Positions 27,385-41,759 of a stretch of 64,000 bases of DNA are shown here, in pieces. Numbering within the stretch: the first letter of the stretch is position 1; each line of letters starts with the position of its first letter. Position numbers and translations under genes: made by a program. The DNA lies in assembly GCF_009914755.1 (NCBI RefSeq), contig NC_060931.1. One strand, 5' to 3'. This DNA is from the human T2T-CHM13v2.0 reference genome, Homo sapiens. Under the pieces are notes generated by a model. That model made no database searches. It was not told the origin of the DNA and saw only the letters and a list, made by a program, of their open reading frames with translations.

Positions 27385-28510
27385 TAAAAAATTGATAGAC
27401 TTTATTTTTTAGAGTAGTTTATGTTTTCAAAAAAATTAAGCGGAACGTACAGTTTCCATTTACCCCTTCTATTCCCCTCCTTCCCCCAGCTTCCCTATTA
27501 ACAACTTGCAATATGTTATATTTGTTATAATTGATGAACCAATATTGATACCTTATCATTTACTAAAGTCCATAGTTTACATTAGGGTTCAAGCTATATA
27601 TTGTATAGCTCTACGGATTTTGACAAATGTATGACAATTGTCTTCCATTACAGTTTCACACAGAGTAGTTTCACTGCCCTAAAAATCCTCTGTGCTCTGC
27701 CTATTCATCCCTTCTTCCCTCCCACCCCTGACAACCATGGATCTTTTTACTGTCTCCAGAGTTTTCTCTTTTCCAGAATGTCCTATAGTTGGAATCATAA
27801 AGTATGCAATCTTTTCAGATTTTCTTCTTTTACTTAGTAATATGCACTTAAGGTCCCTCCCTGTCTTTTTATGGCTTAATTATTTATTTCTTTTTCAAGC
27901 TGAATAATACTCCATTGTATGAATATACCACAGTTTGTTCATATATTCTACCTATTGAAGGACATTTTGGTGGCTTTAAATTTTTTTTGTCATTATGAAT
28001 AAAGCTTATATAAACATTTGTGCACAGTTTTTTTGTGGACATAAATTTTCAACTCATTCTGATTAATACCAAGGAGCATGGTTGTTGGACTGTCTGGTAA
28101 GACAATGTTAAGCTTTGTTAGAAACTGCCAAATTATCTTTCCAACTGGTTTTACCATTTTTTATTCCCACCACAGTGGATGAGAATTTCTGTTGCTCCAC
28201 ATCCTCACCAGCAATTGGTGTTGTGTTTTAAGTTTTAGGCATTCTAAAAGGCAAGTGGTGCTATCTCATCATCATATCAACTTGTAATTTCCTAATGACA
28301 TATGATGTTGAGCATTGTTTCATATGCTTATTTGCCATCTGTATATCTTCTTTGTTGAAGTGTCTGTTCCTATCTTACCCATTTTTAAACTGGTTTATTT
28401 GTTTTATTATTGTGAGGTTTTAATAATTTGTTGTATATTTTGGATACCAATTCTTCACCAAATATGGGTTTTGTGAATATTTTCTCCTAGTTTTACTTTT
28501 TCATTCTCTT
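27385..28510 (-). mobile_element. L1MC1/L1MD-like 3' end
   Basis: AGACTTTATTTTTTAGAGTAGTTT...TAGTTTCACTGCCCTAAAAATCCTCTGTGCTC...GCTCCACATCCTCACCAGCA. Confidence 0.85.
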
Positions 28511-29305
28511 AATTGCCCATTAAAAAGTTAGCAGTATTAATACTTTCTCATACATATTGCAAACACTCTTACAATAAACAAGGCTTTTTGGTTTGGGTAT
28601 TTGCATGTTCTACCATCTTAAAGTTTCTAATTTATTTGAAGACAAATTGTATCAACCCTTCTACGGTTTCTGCCTTTGGTACCATGCTCTGGGATTCTAT
28701 ACACATTAACATGCTATATTTTAGTATACACTAGTCTAATTTTTTTCTCCCATTTTTAAAAATAAGTTCTTGATTGATATGAAATGATTTTGATGTATAC
28801 AGGAGATGTTTTATTCTTTAATAGTTATTAGGTAAATCAATGCCATTAAAAATAAGATATAAATTTTCTCTATTGATTGAAAATACCAACGTAATCATAC
28901 ACTATATTTCCACATATATGTGGGCAATGTCTAAACTCTTAATTCTGTTCGACTGCATGTTTTGTTGATTTCAGCATTGCACTACTCTGTTTTGAGTTTT
29001 GTAGGATTTTAGTGTATTTTAATTCTGAGTAGGGCAAATTCATCTTCTTTTTTTATATTTTAAAAATATTTTCCTAATTAGTTTGATACTTCTAGTTTTC
29101 CACACAGATCTCATATTTATTTTGTTACTTTCCCATGTATATCCCATTTTACTTTTGATTTAGGTTGTGTTAAATTTAGAGAATAATTTGAAAGAGTTTA
29201 CATATTTTCAATGATTGGATCTTCCTTCACATAGAGATTATGTCTCTCAAATCATGCAAGCTTTGAAAAGTATCTTGCAGCAATTTCATTTCCTGAGCAT
29301 TTCTT

Positions 29306-29328
29306 CTTTTTTTCTTTTTCTTTTTCTT

Positions 29329-29366
<38 letters not shown>

Positions 29367-29510
29367 GATAGGGTCTCACTGTGTCACCTGGGCTGAAATG
29401 CAATGGCACAATCACAGCTTATGAAGCCTGTAACTCTTGGGCTCAAGTGATCCTCCTGCCTCAGCCTCCCAAGTAGTTGGAACTACGGGCATGAGCCAAA
29501 ATGCCTGGCC
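29306..29510 (-). mobile_element. Monomeric Alu (FRAM/FAM-like)
   Basis: Single right-arm-type monomer with long poly-T; TSD TGAGCATTTCTT/TGAACATTTCTT (29294-29305, 29511-29522). Confidence 0.85.
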
Positions 29511-30074
29511 TGAACATTTCTTTTAAAATAAAATCTCAAATATGTTGTGTTATTCTTGCTACTGTGAATGTGATTTTCCTTACAAAAAGTTTCTACTTTT
29601 TAAATTCTTATGTTTTAGGTGGTTACCTATTAGTTCTCATATATGTTTACTTGATTATAATGGTCTTCCATGAATATAATTACATTGCTTTAAAATAATC
29701 CATACTCCCCTTTTCTAGTATCTATGCCCTTTTAAAATTTTGCTTATTTATCTTATTTCCTTATTAAATTACCTTTTTTTAAAGCACTTACAGACCAGTG
29801 TTAAATGGATTTGGTTGGCATCCCTAACTTCTTTCTGGCTTGAATGGAACTCTTTGGGAATGCATAATTCTGACTATTTGTATCAAATAGAATCTTAAAA
29901 AGTATTTTAAATGCATTTTCAGTCCTATGGCTAGTTGAATTTATTGATATCTTTTTGCATGTACATAGAAATATATCTTTGTAACTTTCATCTAATAACA
30001 TGATAGAATAAGACCTGCACTATCACACTCCCACTTAAATTTGTAACCCCTACACATATCCAGTATTTCCTTTT

Positions 30075-30310
30075 GCCTTTCCGTGTCCTATTTTTTACCA
30101 TAGAACTTATCACCATTTGACGTACTTTACCTTTCAGCAAGTTTATTTATTTTTTATCTATTGTCAGTATCCTACAGCTAGAATATAAGTTTCATGAAGT
30201 GTAGAATTTTTATCTGTTTTGTTCACTGCTGTATCTCTGCAACTTAAAAAAGTATCTCTAGAATTTAAAACATCTTAGGCATTTAAGAAATACTTTAATA
30301 AATAAATATG
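30075..30310 (+). mobile_element. L2a 3' end
   Basis: CTAGAATATAAGTTTCATGAAG...TCTGTTTTGTTCACTGCTGTATCTC. Confidence 0.75.
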
Positions 30311-30339
30311 ATGCCACAACCATTTAGAATGGTTAATCA

Positions 30340-31075
30340 AAAAAGACACAGCCTTTGCCTTTACATAATTTATAATATATTGAGGGTATATATAAAAAAA
30401 ACTACAAGAAGGGACTGGGATCTACAATTGTAAAGTTTTGGGGATGTGAGAGACTCTCACTTACATAAAGTGGTTAGAAAAGGCTTTTCTGAAATGATCA
30501 TCTAATCAGTGTGGCAAATATGTGTGAAGACCCTAAGGCAAAGAATTGCTAGATAGAATCTAGGAAAATACAAGAAGGGTGGTGTGGCTGAAGGTTTTTT
30601 TGGGGGTGAGGAAGGATGGGGAAGAGTGACTTATTATAAAATAAGAGAGATACAAAGAGGACAAATTGGCTTAATAAGCCACAGTGAAGAGTTTGGATTT
30701 TATTCCAACTGAAATGGGTAGGCTTTTAATAGTTTAAATCAGAGGCATAGTCTGATTGATTTATATTTTTACAATCTCACTCTGTCTCTTTGAGAACAAT
30801 ATGTTGGGGGAGAGAGCAAAACAGAGGAAATATCAAGACCAATTAGGAAGCTCTTATAGTAGTCTGGGCAAGTAATACTGATTGCCTGGGATAGAATGAG
30901 GGCAGAGTGGGCAGAGAGCCATCACTAGAATTGAAATATGTTTGGGATGTAAAATCTCAAACTCCTTCTCCTCAAGTGATCCTCCCATCTTGGCCCCCAC
31001 AAAGTGCTGGGATTACAGGTGTGACTCACTGTGTCTGGCCCAGGGTTGTAGAATCCAGATAGGACACACTTTCCA
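30340..31075 (-). mobile_element. L2 fragment containing an Alu remnant at 30957-31040
   Basis: GAGTTTGGATTTTATTCC...CCAATTAGGAAGCT; Alu piece CAAAGTGCTGGGATTACAGGTGTGA. Confidence 0.7.
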
Positions 31076-32929
31076 TAAGGACCAGAACTTGCTTTGAATG
31101 CAGAAAGGCAATGGCTTTCTAAGAAGTAAGAATGACCAAGGAACCTTATCATAGCCTTCCTTATTTATGTTACTTTCATATAGTAGCCAATCGCTTATGC
31201 GGACAATGTTGATAGGAAAGGGAAAGATAGGGCAACCCATAGTTTCTTTTCCTTTCAGTTCTTCCTTACTCATCAGTAAGATGAAGCTAAAGATTGTTAC
31301 AGAATGTCAGGTATTAATATTAAAATATGAAATACAAACAGTTGAATTAACATTGTATAGTATTTCCACTGTTCTAGTAAGAATGAAATACATATGCAGG
31401 TACAAACTACATATTATGAGTTGTGTAATTTTAGCCATTCTACATACAAGTTAAATACTCCTGTATTTACATTTAAAACTGGCATTGCACAATGTAAAAA
31501 TGAATGGTAAAATGCATACTAATAAACTAATAACTTAAGAACTTTATTTAGGACAACATTAAATATCAAATTAAAAATACCATGAAAAGTCAAGAGAGGG
31601 ACTGTGGAAGAAAGCAAAAAAAAATTATAATTCATTACCTTTAATAGTACTTTCTCCCCCCACCACTTTTTGTACAAGGGCCCTACATTTTCATTTTGCA
31701 CTGGGAAAATGGCTGCATTTTTTAGAGTTTTTATTACAACAGGCAGAGTCATTCTTGGGCGTTGCAAACCGGTGTCTGTTTCTGGGTACCCCAGGCAAAG
31801 AGAGGATATGGGAAGAAGAGGGCTTTGACAAGCCATCAAAAATGAGTCTCCTTTTACTCCTTAATTGATCACATAGAAAATCTTTTTTTGTTTGTTTGTT
31901 TGTTTTGTTTGCTTGTTTTCCAATTCCAGCAACTAGTATTTCTACTTAGCACCCTTATCCTGCAAAAGGTCATTTCTTAACTAGTATAGTATTCAGCTGG
32001 TTGGAAAATTGAAAGAATCTCCTACGAGTCATTTATTCTTTTCTTACTGACAAGATAGGCCTCAAAAATGTTGAATATCAAAATGTGGAGAAATTATTTT
32101 TTAGAGAATTCTGGTTTTACTGATTCATCGAAGATTTATAAGAAAAGCTATAAAGGTATTATCCTTCCATCCTATTAAAGGCCTACTAAAGTGAGACAAC
32201 ACACCTTTTTGTTGTTGTTTCCTTTTGTTTTGTTTTAAAAAGCCTAGTGTTCTACTAGAAAATATTAATTTTGTTACTTTCTAAGTTGTAGGAATTAGTT
32301 TTTTCATTTAGTGATTATTCTCACAAGCAATCATAAATGTAACAACTGTTTTAGAACAGAGATGGCCATGCATTTTCATGTATACACAGGGTGTTTTAAA
32401 AGATAAAGAGCTAATTCCAATAAAAATAGACTGAATTACATATGTAGGTTGTATTAATTAATTCTGGAATCAAAATTTTCTCTTCTACTATAGATGTTAA
32501 ATTTCTTTACTACATTGAATCTAGTTAAAAGGTTTTTGTACAATTTACCCTTGTGTGTCACATATATTTAATATTTTATTTCATAATAAAAAAGTAAGCA
32601 TTTCACAGAGAAAATTGACATCTAGCTTTTTTGATGTCTCAGTGAAATCTTCCCTGAGCTTTAGGGAATGGATGAGAATTTCGTTTCTCTTAGGTCTTCA
32701 GTTTGAAGACTACCTTAGAAAAGAAAAAAAAAATGCCGCACACTCTAGATAGCTGTTTGCTATAGTAAAGGTTATGAAAATTAATAGAGAGAATCAAGTT
32801 ACTTTTACTGGGACATCAATGAGAAATATCATACTAAATTATCAATTCATGCTATTAATAAAATGAAGTTATTATAACATTTTAAGAAAGACATGCCCAA
32901 AGTTCATTTAGGAGAAGCTCTTGGGCAAT

Positions 32930-33330
32930 AAGTAATATTGAGTCAAATATTAGAAGGCCATTGAACCTAATGACTTTTTCGATACTTTCTAATTTTATTA
33001 TTTTATGACTCAATTACCACTTTTTTGTAAAAAGATAAAATTAACAACTGTCATTCTTGACTGACACAAAGAGACGATGTGGTCACCTAGCAATCAAAAA
33101 CAATGGGGCCAGATGTTCTGCATCAACTAACCACCAACACATTTAAGCAGACATCACTGACTAATGTGGTGTTAATGAAAGCACCTCTTACAAATGAAAA
33201 TCAGATGTTCACCTATCCCGACATCTGTGATGTTCATCTCATCAACTGAGCTTTTAATGACAATTAACTGTGGTTTTTACACATTGCATACTGCTTCCTA
33301 GTCACAAGGTATTAGACCACATTTTGAGAA
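32930..33330. promoter_or_regulatory. Candidate enhancer (AP-1/RUNX/TWIST-type E-box/SOX motif cluster)
   Basis: TGAGTCA 32939, TGACTCA 33006; TGTGGT 33078, 33165, 33269 and AGACCACA 33314; CAGATGTT 33110 and 33202, ACATCTG 33221; AACAATGG 33099; no repeat recognised here. Confidence 0.4.
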
Positions 33331-33737
33331 ATCCAGCAAAAATAGAAAAAAGAAAGCATATAAAACCTTATCAATAAAACACTTGTGGTGAAAGTGTGCT
33401 AAAAAGGAAAATGCATTTGTATTTTGGAATTAAAAGCCATTTGTAGTTATGTCCACTTTGAAAATGGAAAAGTGATTCAATTACCAACTCAAACTTCAAT
33501 GAAACCAGCCACTCTTCTCCCTCTCCCATCTCCTGCTGCCTGCTCAACTGCCTTTCTGCCCAGCAATGGAGAGTCACACGCTAATCCTTAAGACCACGGC
33601 ACTGAGCATTCTCAGTGTTTAATTCTGCGCACTTCTCCTAGGCAAGCTCTCTACAATAGTCATATTAAAGTAATATCTGTCCTCCTTATCCAGCATCAAT
33701 CTAATACTAAGGATTTTTTTTTTTGAGATTTAATATA

Positions 33738-34162
33738 CAACAACATGGATGAACCTGGAGGACATTATGTCAAGTGAAATAAGCCAGGCACAGAAAGACA
33801 AACACTGCATGATCTCACTCATATGTGGAATCTTAAAAAGTTGATCTTGTAGAAGTAGAGAGTAGAATGATGGTTACCAAGGGCTGAAGTGGTTGGGCAT
33901 CGGGGGTTGAGGAGATATTGGTCAGAGGAATAAGTTGAGAATATCTATTGTACAACATGGTGAATGTAGTTAATTTATTATACTCTTGAAAAATGAAAAA
34001 GAGTGGATATAAAGTGTTCTCATCACAAAAATGATAGCTATGTGAGGTAATGAATATGTTAATTAGCTAGAGTTAGTCATTCCACAATGTATATTTTCTT
34101 TAAAATAACATGTTGTACATGGTAAATCCATAATTTCATGTCAATTTAAAAATAAATAAAAT
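33738..34162 (+). mobile_element. L1MA 3'UTR fragment
   Basis: CAACATGGATGAACCTGGAGGACATTATG...GAAGTAGAGAGTAGAATGATGG...AATAAATAAA. Confidence 0.88.
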
Positions 34163-34689
34163 TTATTCATAGAGTTTAAATGCAAGACATCAGAAAATGA
34201 AACTGAAAAAGTTATACAAATATTCTTTTTTTTACTTTAAAACATATTTAGTTAAGTAACATGTACCCACTTTTTGAAAAGCAATCAAATGGCACCTTGC
34301 CCCTCTCTGATTTCAATGATTTGAAATGTTTTTAACTTTAGTATTCACCTGCTATATTTCAAAAACATTCTACTCTAATCTTGCTATTTGTTGTTATTTT
34401 TAGGCACTATCTAATGACTTTCTCTTATGCAAATTTAACTACTTAATATTATCTTATTTGCTTGCTGATGATTCCTACTTCCCCCTATCTTCTTAGTACA
34501 ATAGAATAATCATTTTTAGTTAATAATCAATGTTTATATCATGATGACTATTGTTCACTGTAGTGTGTTATCACTGCATTTCCTTTCTTATAAAGCTTTT
34601 GCCTTTTCTTTCATTTGTAGAGTTTCCTACTCTTTCATTCTTTCCCCAAAGTTGCATCAGATATGGCATATTCCTATCATAAATTTGTT

Positions 34690-35008
<319 letters not shown>

Positions 35009-35547
35009 CAGAAGTTTGTTTTTTACATCAAAAGCCCTATCACATCTGATGGATTCATTTCCTTCTTTTTCCTGGAGCCTGTCCTTGTTCTTCCAGATCT
35101 AGTGGGTACTTGTCATCTGCTAGGACAGCCATCCTGTTGCCTCCTTACACTTCATTTTGCTGCTTGCCAGAAACGTGATTTTTGACTGACTTACCAATTA
35201 AGTGAGTTTGGTATTAATGTCAGGTCTGACTATGCCTGAAATAAAAAACCCGTGAAATGAGACTGTAAAGACCATAAGCTTAAGAAAGTGGGCCAAAGTA
35301 ATTTCTCATAAAAAGACAGAAGATGTTTAATCACTCAATCACCACCTAGTATAGAACCTCACACTTTGCTCAGAGGAAAATCACAACCAGCGCTTGCTCC
35401 AAGTCTAGTTCTGCTCAGCAATGCAAGTTCTCTGAGTTAATTTAACTAACTTGGTCTCTTTCTAAGTAGATATGTTGGTCTACATCTGGCTGGCATGACC
35501 TCACTTAAGGTAAACTCTGCAGCCTGAGTTGGAATTTCAGAAAGAGA

Positions 35548-35888
35548 GCTATCAGTCTGTTTGTTGCTGCTGTAACAAAATACCTTAAATTGGGTAATTT
35601 ATAAGCAACAGAAATTTATTTCTTACAGTACTGGAGGCTGGGAAGTCCAAGGTGAAGGCTGTACCGACTCCATGTCTGGTAAGGACTCTTTGCTTCAGGG
35701 AAGGCACTTTGTTTCTGCATCCTCACATAGCAGAAGTGGTAAAAAGGGATGAACCTGCTCTCTCATGCTCTTTTATAAGGGCACTAATATCATATCACTT
35801 CACAAAGACCCCATCTCTTAATATTATTGCATTGTGGATTACATTTCAACATGAATTTTGGAGGGACCCAAACATTAAAACCATAGCA
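35548..35888 (-). mobile_element. MaLR solo LTR, MLT1A-like
   Basis: TGCTGTAACAAAATACCTTAAATTGGGTAATTTATAAGCAACAGAAATTTATT...AAACATTAAAACCATAGCA. Confidence 0.85.
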
Positions 35889-35892
35889 AGAG

Positions 35893-36214
35893 GGCTGGGG
35901 GTGGTGTCTCAATCCTGTAATCCCAGCACTTTGGGAGACCAAGGAGAGAGGATCACTTGAGGCCAGGAGCTTGAGAGCAGCCTGGGCAATATAGTGAGAC
36001 CCCGATTCTACATAAAAATAAGTTTTAAAAATTAGCTGGGCAAAGTGGTGCATGCTTCTGGTTCCAGCTACTCAGGAAGCTGAGGTTGGAAGATCACTTT
36101 AGCTCAGAAAGTTGAGGGTGCAATGTGCCATGATCATGCCACTGCACTCCTGCCTGGGTGACAGAGTGAGACCGTGTTCAAAAACAAACAAACAAACAAC
36201 AACAACAACAAAAA
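35893..36214 (+). mobile_element. Alu (AluJ)
   Basis: Sense dimer with an (AAAC)/(AAC) tail; TSD AAAACCATAGCAAG/AAAACCACAGCAAG. Confidence 0.93.
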
Positions 36215-36535
36215 CCACAGCAAGGGCCTTGAAAAGCACATTAGTACAGTGCTGCCATTTGCACAGGTTCCCTCTCCTGTCCTTTTTGATAGGCTCTCAA
36301 TTTTGCCTCTCAGAGATTTGCACACAAACATGATATGACTGAAAAAAAAAATGCCCTTCAATAGCATTGTTGTTTCCACTGCACTTCTCATTTGCTTGTC
36401 ACCTTGGCAATGCAGTGGCAGGATACAAGCATCTTAATTACAATACTGATCCTAAGAAATAAGGAAGATAATTGAAAAATTTTAGTCATACTCGCTTTCT
36501 TTGCTTATTATCTATTGAATAAAAAGTAAGAGGTA

Positions 36536-36904
<369 letters not shown>

Positions 36905-37309
36905 CTACTTTCTGGGAAATATTAAGGAACTGATAGGGGAGAAAAAGTTTATTATCTCTAAACTAAAAAAAAATTAAAATTGAAGTAAACAAATGACAAA
37001 TTAAACATTACGAAATCCACAAACTATCTAATTTAATGAATTATTTAATAGATTATTACATTGAAATACTAATTTTATTACATGTAAAACATTTTGTAAA
37101 GCTTAGATTCTTTTCACTTTCCAACAGCGTCCAAGTATGCATAATGATTCCAACAAGAGTAATAATATTAATGATAGTGGCTGCATTTGGAGGGCAGAAG
37201 GTGGCTTTCTAACTTATTTTGAAAAATGTCAAACAAAAAAGTTGAAAGAATAGTCCAATGAATATCTGTACGCTTCCTACTAAGATTATACAATTGCTAA
37301 ACGTTTAAG

Positions 37310-37505
37310 AATTGTTAAGTCTTTTTACAAGCTCAGTAATTCTTCATGACTCTCTGAAGTAGTTCTTTTAGCATCCCTAATTTGCAGCGGAGGCATATGA
37401 GGCACAGAGAGATTATGCAACTTTTCTTAGTCATACAAAGGCAAATGGTTGGTCTGGGATTCAAAGCTAGAGATTTTCTAAAAGCACGTTTCTTAACCTA
37501 CGTGC
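37310..37505 (-). mobile_element. MIR
   Basis: CCCTAATTTGCAGCGGAGGCATATGAGGCACAGAGAG...CTGGGATTCAAA. Confidence 0.7.
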
Positions 37506-38199
37506 AAAAATCATTCCTGTATTAAATAAAGTAAGTAAAAGTAAATCCTTTATAAATTATTTTACATCGAAATTTTATTTAATATAGGATATAGGTGTAT
37601 TCTAATGTACTTTATCAGTGAAATCTCTGAATATCATAATGTCTAGAAAGCTTTCTAAAAGCCTCTAGGTGAATAGACAGCAAGGCAGAAGTAGATGTCC
37701 TTGGCAGTGCAGCCGGGGGAGAGGTGAGGAAACCAAGCAAGACATGCAAAGATTTTGGACTCATTTCTGCATTTTTTGGGATGGAGTAAGTTTCTTTTTC
37801 TCTGGGGTGACTGTGTACATTTCAGGGAGATTTCTATGTTACACAGCCTAGTTTTTCTCCACAATGATGGAAAACTAAGAAATATATCACTAATTCTTAG
37901 ACTACACAATTAACAACTCTTGTTGCTTAATTGAGAGACATGGACACCGAGATTCCTGATCCAGCCCCAGCTGCAGCCTCTTTCATTTGTGGCTGTCAAT
38001 TACAGGACTACCAAGAATAATCCACCAATCTCCTGGCATACCAGGAAAATTCCTGGTCTAGATTCAGACAAGTGGTTTATAGTTCCAGCTCTACTTTGAG
38101 TTAATCCTGTTTAAATTTCAGTTCTCATATTCTATGATTCATTTGTGGAACATATACTGAGTCATTTTGAAAAGTTTTAGGCCAAGGCTAACTTTCTTA

Positions 38200-38640
<441 letters not shown>

Positions 38641-40749
38641 CTATGACATCAGGAGTTAAAAAGCCAATTGGTAACAGTGACAAGACTAAAGCCCAAGCCT
38701 CTGACTCCCAGCCCTTCCCACTCCAACAGGCAGAATTACTTCTATAGCTTCATTTACCACTACTTTTCCTGAGAAATGTATGTATTTTTCCAGCATTAGC
38801 ATCAATAGCAGGCAAAATAGAAGGTGACCAATTAGATATAAATTGAGAGGCTGCCATAGGGTTCCTTTGCTCAAGAGTAACACTCCTTACCTATTTTCTG
38901 TAGGGCCTAAAATGTCACGAGTACACACATTTGTTAAGGCCCTCGGCAGGGCTTTCGGTCTACAAGATAGTGCAATCAACGTACTCCAAGAGATGGCATA
39001 TCCTAAGCAGAAATTGGCTCTTTGTCAGGAGAGGGGTGGGAGACAGGTATAATTGCCATGTTTAAACACCTTCTGGAAATGGTTTTAGCAAAAGGTTCTG
39101 AGATGGTGAGGAGGGATGACAACCTAAGTTGTCAGTAATGGGAAGAAAATGTGATGATATTGAAGGTAGTGGACCAAAAATAGACTTTGCTTACTTCACA
39201 GTTTTGCCTAGGGCCAGTTTTGATTTCTTCCATTAACATAGCATTCACCTTGCCTAACCTTGAAAGTTTATGAGGGTTTTATGTGAATATAAGAAAAACA
39301 GAAGTGATCACTTTCAAGGTCACAGACAATAAAGTTTCTCTAACTGTGGTCAGGGTGTGTGCCTCTGATGTCCTTCAATATCAATCTTTCTTTGGAGAAG
39401 CATTTTCCAAGTATATTCCATGAATAGTGTTTTTGTTTTGTTTTGTTTTGCTTTTTGTTTGTTTTTTTAATGGAAAAATCTTGGGATCTGTTGACCTGAA
39501 ATTTTGGGGAGTGCTAGCTAACATATTTAACCCTGAGGATCAACAGTGCACAGCTGCACATTACAAGTTCTAAGAAGTTTGGGTTTGTTAACCCACTGTT
39601 TCCTAAATCGTTGTGCTCAGAAAAACTCCCTTTTTAAAATATTAGTATTCTGTGAAGTCCTCTTGGAAAATGAGGTTTTACTATTTGCATAATAAAAATA
39701 GAACACTTTAAAATTGTTGTCCATGTTTACCTAACATCTAATAGTTCAAATTATGTTTGGATTTGTTGTAAATTTTTATTTATATGGAATTCAATTTTTG
39801 TCTTAGTTAATGCTTTTATTATCTAAGACTCATAGCATACTTTTTATTAATTCTCAAAATTAGGTACAAAAATGGTTAGTCCTCTTTTTATTTCAAATAT
39901 TTTTATCAATTTCATGATTAAAGACATTAGTTGAATTTGCTTTTGGTGATATGATAACACTACTGGTATTGTATAGAAAATATATTTTAGACCTCAGCAA
40001 AACTTTTTTCTCACTCATGTTCTAGACAAAGAGAAATCAAGGAGATAAAGAATTAGTAGATAATGCTAAGTGTAACGCTGTAAATATTGGTCATTATATA
40101 TAATGATACCAGTATTACCTTTCAGTGGGCAGGGTGGTTAAAAACCTGTTTGCTTCCTTTGTTTTTGTAAAAAGGATTTTGATTATCTACCAAGACTGGA
40201 GATGGGTGGTAAGGAAGAGTCACACCCAATATGGCCTTTAAGGTATGGTCAAAGTCACTTAATTGGGAATGAGGAAGCCTGAATTTAATGTTTGGCTTTT
40301 CACTAAGTATTTGTATAAACCTGGTTTATACAAACAGCCCTAATAGGGCTGTTATTTTTAGTTCTTATTATTATGTTTATAGTTTTAGCATAAGGTATAT
40401 AACTGAAAAGGTTTGGGATGTGTTTATTAGTTACTGTGAGTTACGAACTTCATATGACTTAGGATCCACTAACTACCATACTATTAAAGACACATACTAT
40501 ATTGTGCTGTTTCATACATTATTTAATAAAACGTATTTAAAAAACTCATGGGCAAGATACAGGTGAACAAGGAAACGTTTATTTGGGAAAATACAAGTAA
40601 TGACTGCATAAGCTTAGGAAATTGTAATAATCACTTTCTTCCACAGAATTGGGCTCGCAATATGGTATACATTACTCTTATTCTCATTCCTGTTGTAACC
40701 AAGTCTTCTAAAAACCTGTACTACTTATATTTCTTCTTGTGATTTCATC

Positions 40750-41360
40750 CAGGTTCATATCTTTAGAATCTATAAGCTGATAATTGTCAGTGTGCATTTC
40801 CAGCTCTGAGTGCTCCCCTGAGTTCCCCTGACTCAAAAATCCAACCATCTACTTGACATCTTCACTTGCCTTTCTAATAGACATGTAAGGCTTAACATGT
40901 CCAAAACATATATCCTGATTATCCACAAAATCCTGGCCCACAAACTTTTTGCCCAACATCTTTCCATTTTAGTACAGAGCACATATAATTTTCCAGAACT
41001 TATAATGGATCCTTATTTACTCACTTTTCTTCATCTCCACACACGAAAATTAACACATCTAACTTCTCGATTTCTCATCCTCTCCAGTGATACTAACACT
41101 AGTACACACTACCATCATTTCTCCCTTGGGTTTTGGATATAGATTACTCACTGCTAGTTCTGCTTCTTATTTGCATTTATTTAATAATCTTCCAAATAAC
41201 AAATAGAGTGATCTTTTCTAAACACAAAGTAGGTCATTTTACTCTTTAACTCAAAGTCACCAAGGGCTTCCCACTGTACTTAGAAACAATGTCAAATTAT
41301 TTTCCATAAAGCCCTATTTCATCTGGTCCTGTCTACCCCTTCAACCTTACCTTTTAATCC
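40750..41360 (+). mobile_element. L2 fragments
   Basis: ATCCAACCATCTACTTGACATCTTCACTTG...CTTAACATGTCCAAAAC; AGAGTGATCTTTTCTAAAC. Confidence 0.65.
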
Positions 41361-41759
41361 TCCTTCCTCTCTAGTGTTCAGAAATGCCAACAAATAACTC
41401 AGTTCTGTAGTAACCTCATTAGAGAGGTAGATAATGACAAAGAAAAAAACTCCTTGCAATTTGTTTTTACTATGTTATAGCACCATTGGTGCTTCAGTAA
41501 CCACTACACAAAAATAATTCTGAACAATTAGGCATTCACTCCTGAAAAAAAATTGTAGAATATTATGTTGTACGTTTATATATATTGACTTGCTCAGTGC
41601 TAACATAAAGCAAGGGGACAGAAAAAAAACCAATCCACCAATCAGTAGGCATTTTAAAAATATTTAAGCCGCCACCAACGCACCAATGTAAAATTCACAT
41701 GCACACAAAATATCTCCAAGTTCTACAACCAGCATCTTAAATTAACTTTGTTTCTTAAT

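Larger units (their letters stand above)
26700..30000 (-). mobile_element. Degraded antisense L1 (L1ME-like), containing the L1MC/MD and monomeric Alu inserts listed separately
   Basis: T-rich antisense L1-like blocks on both sides of the inserts. Confidence 0.5.

Noticed and set aside
37669-37786. Plus-strand exon candidate ending GGA|GTAAGT
   Set aside because: Mediocre acceptor, peptide not protein-like, no compatible neighbouring exons
38843-39052. 69-aa ORF with AG/GT boundaries
   Set aside because: Resembles a degenerate antisense L2 3' end; weak donor GTATAA
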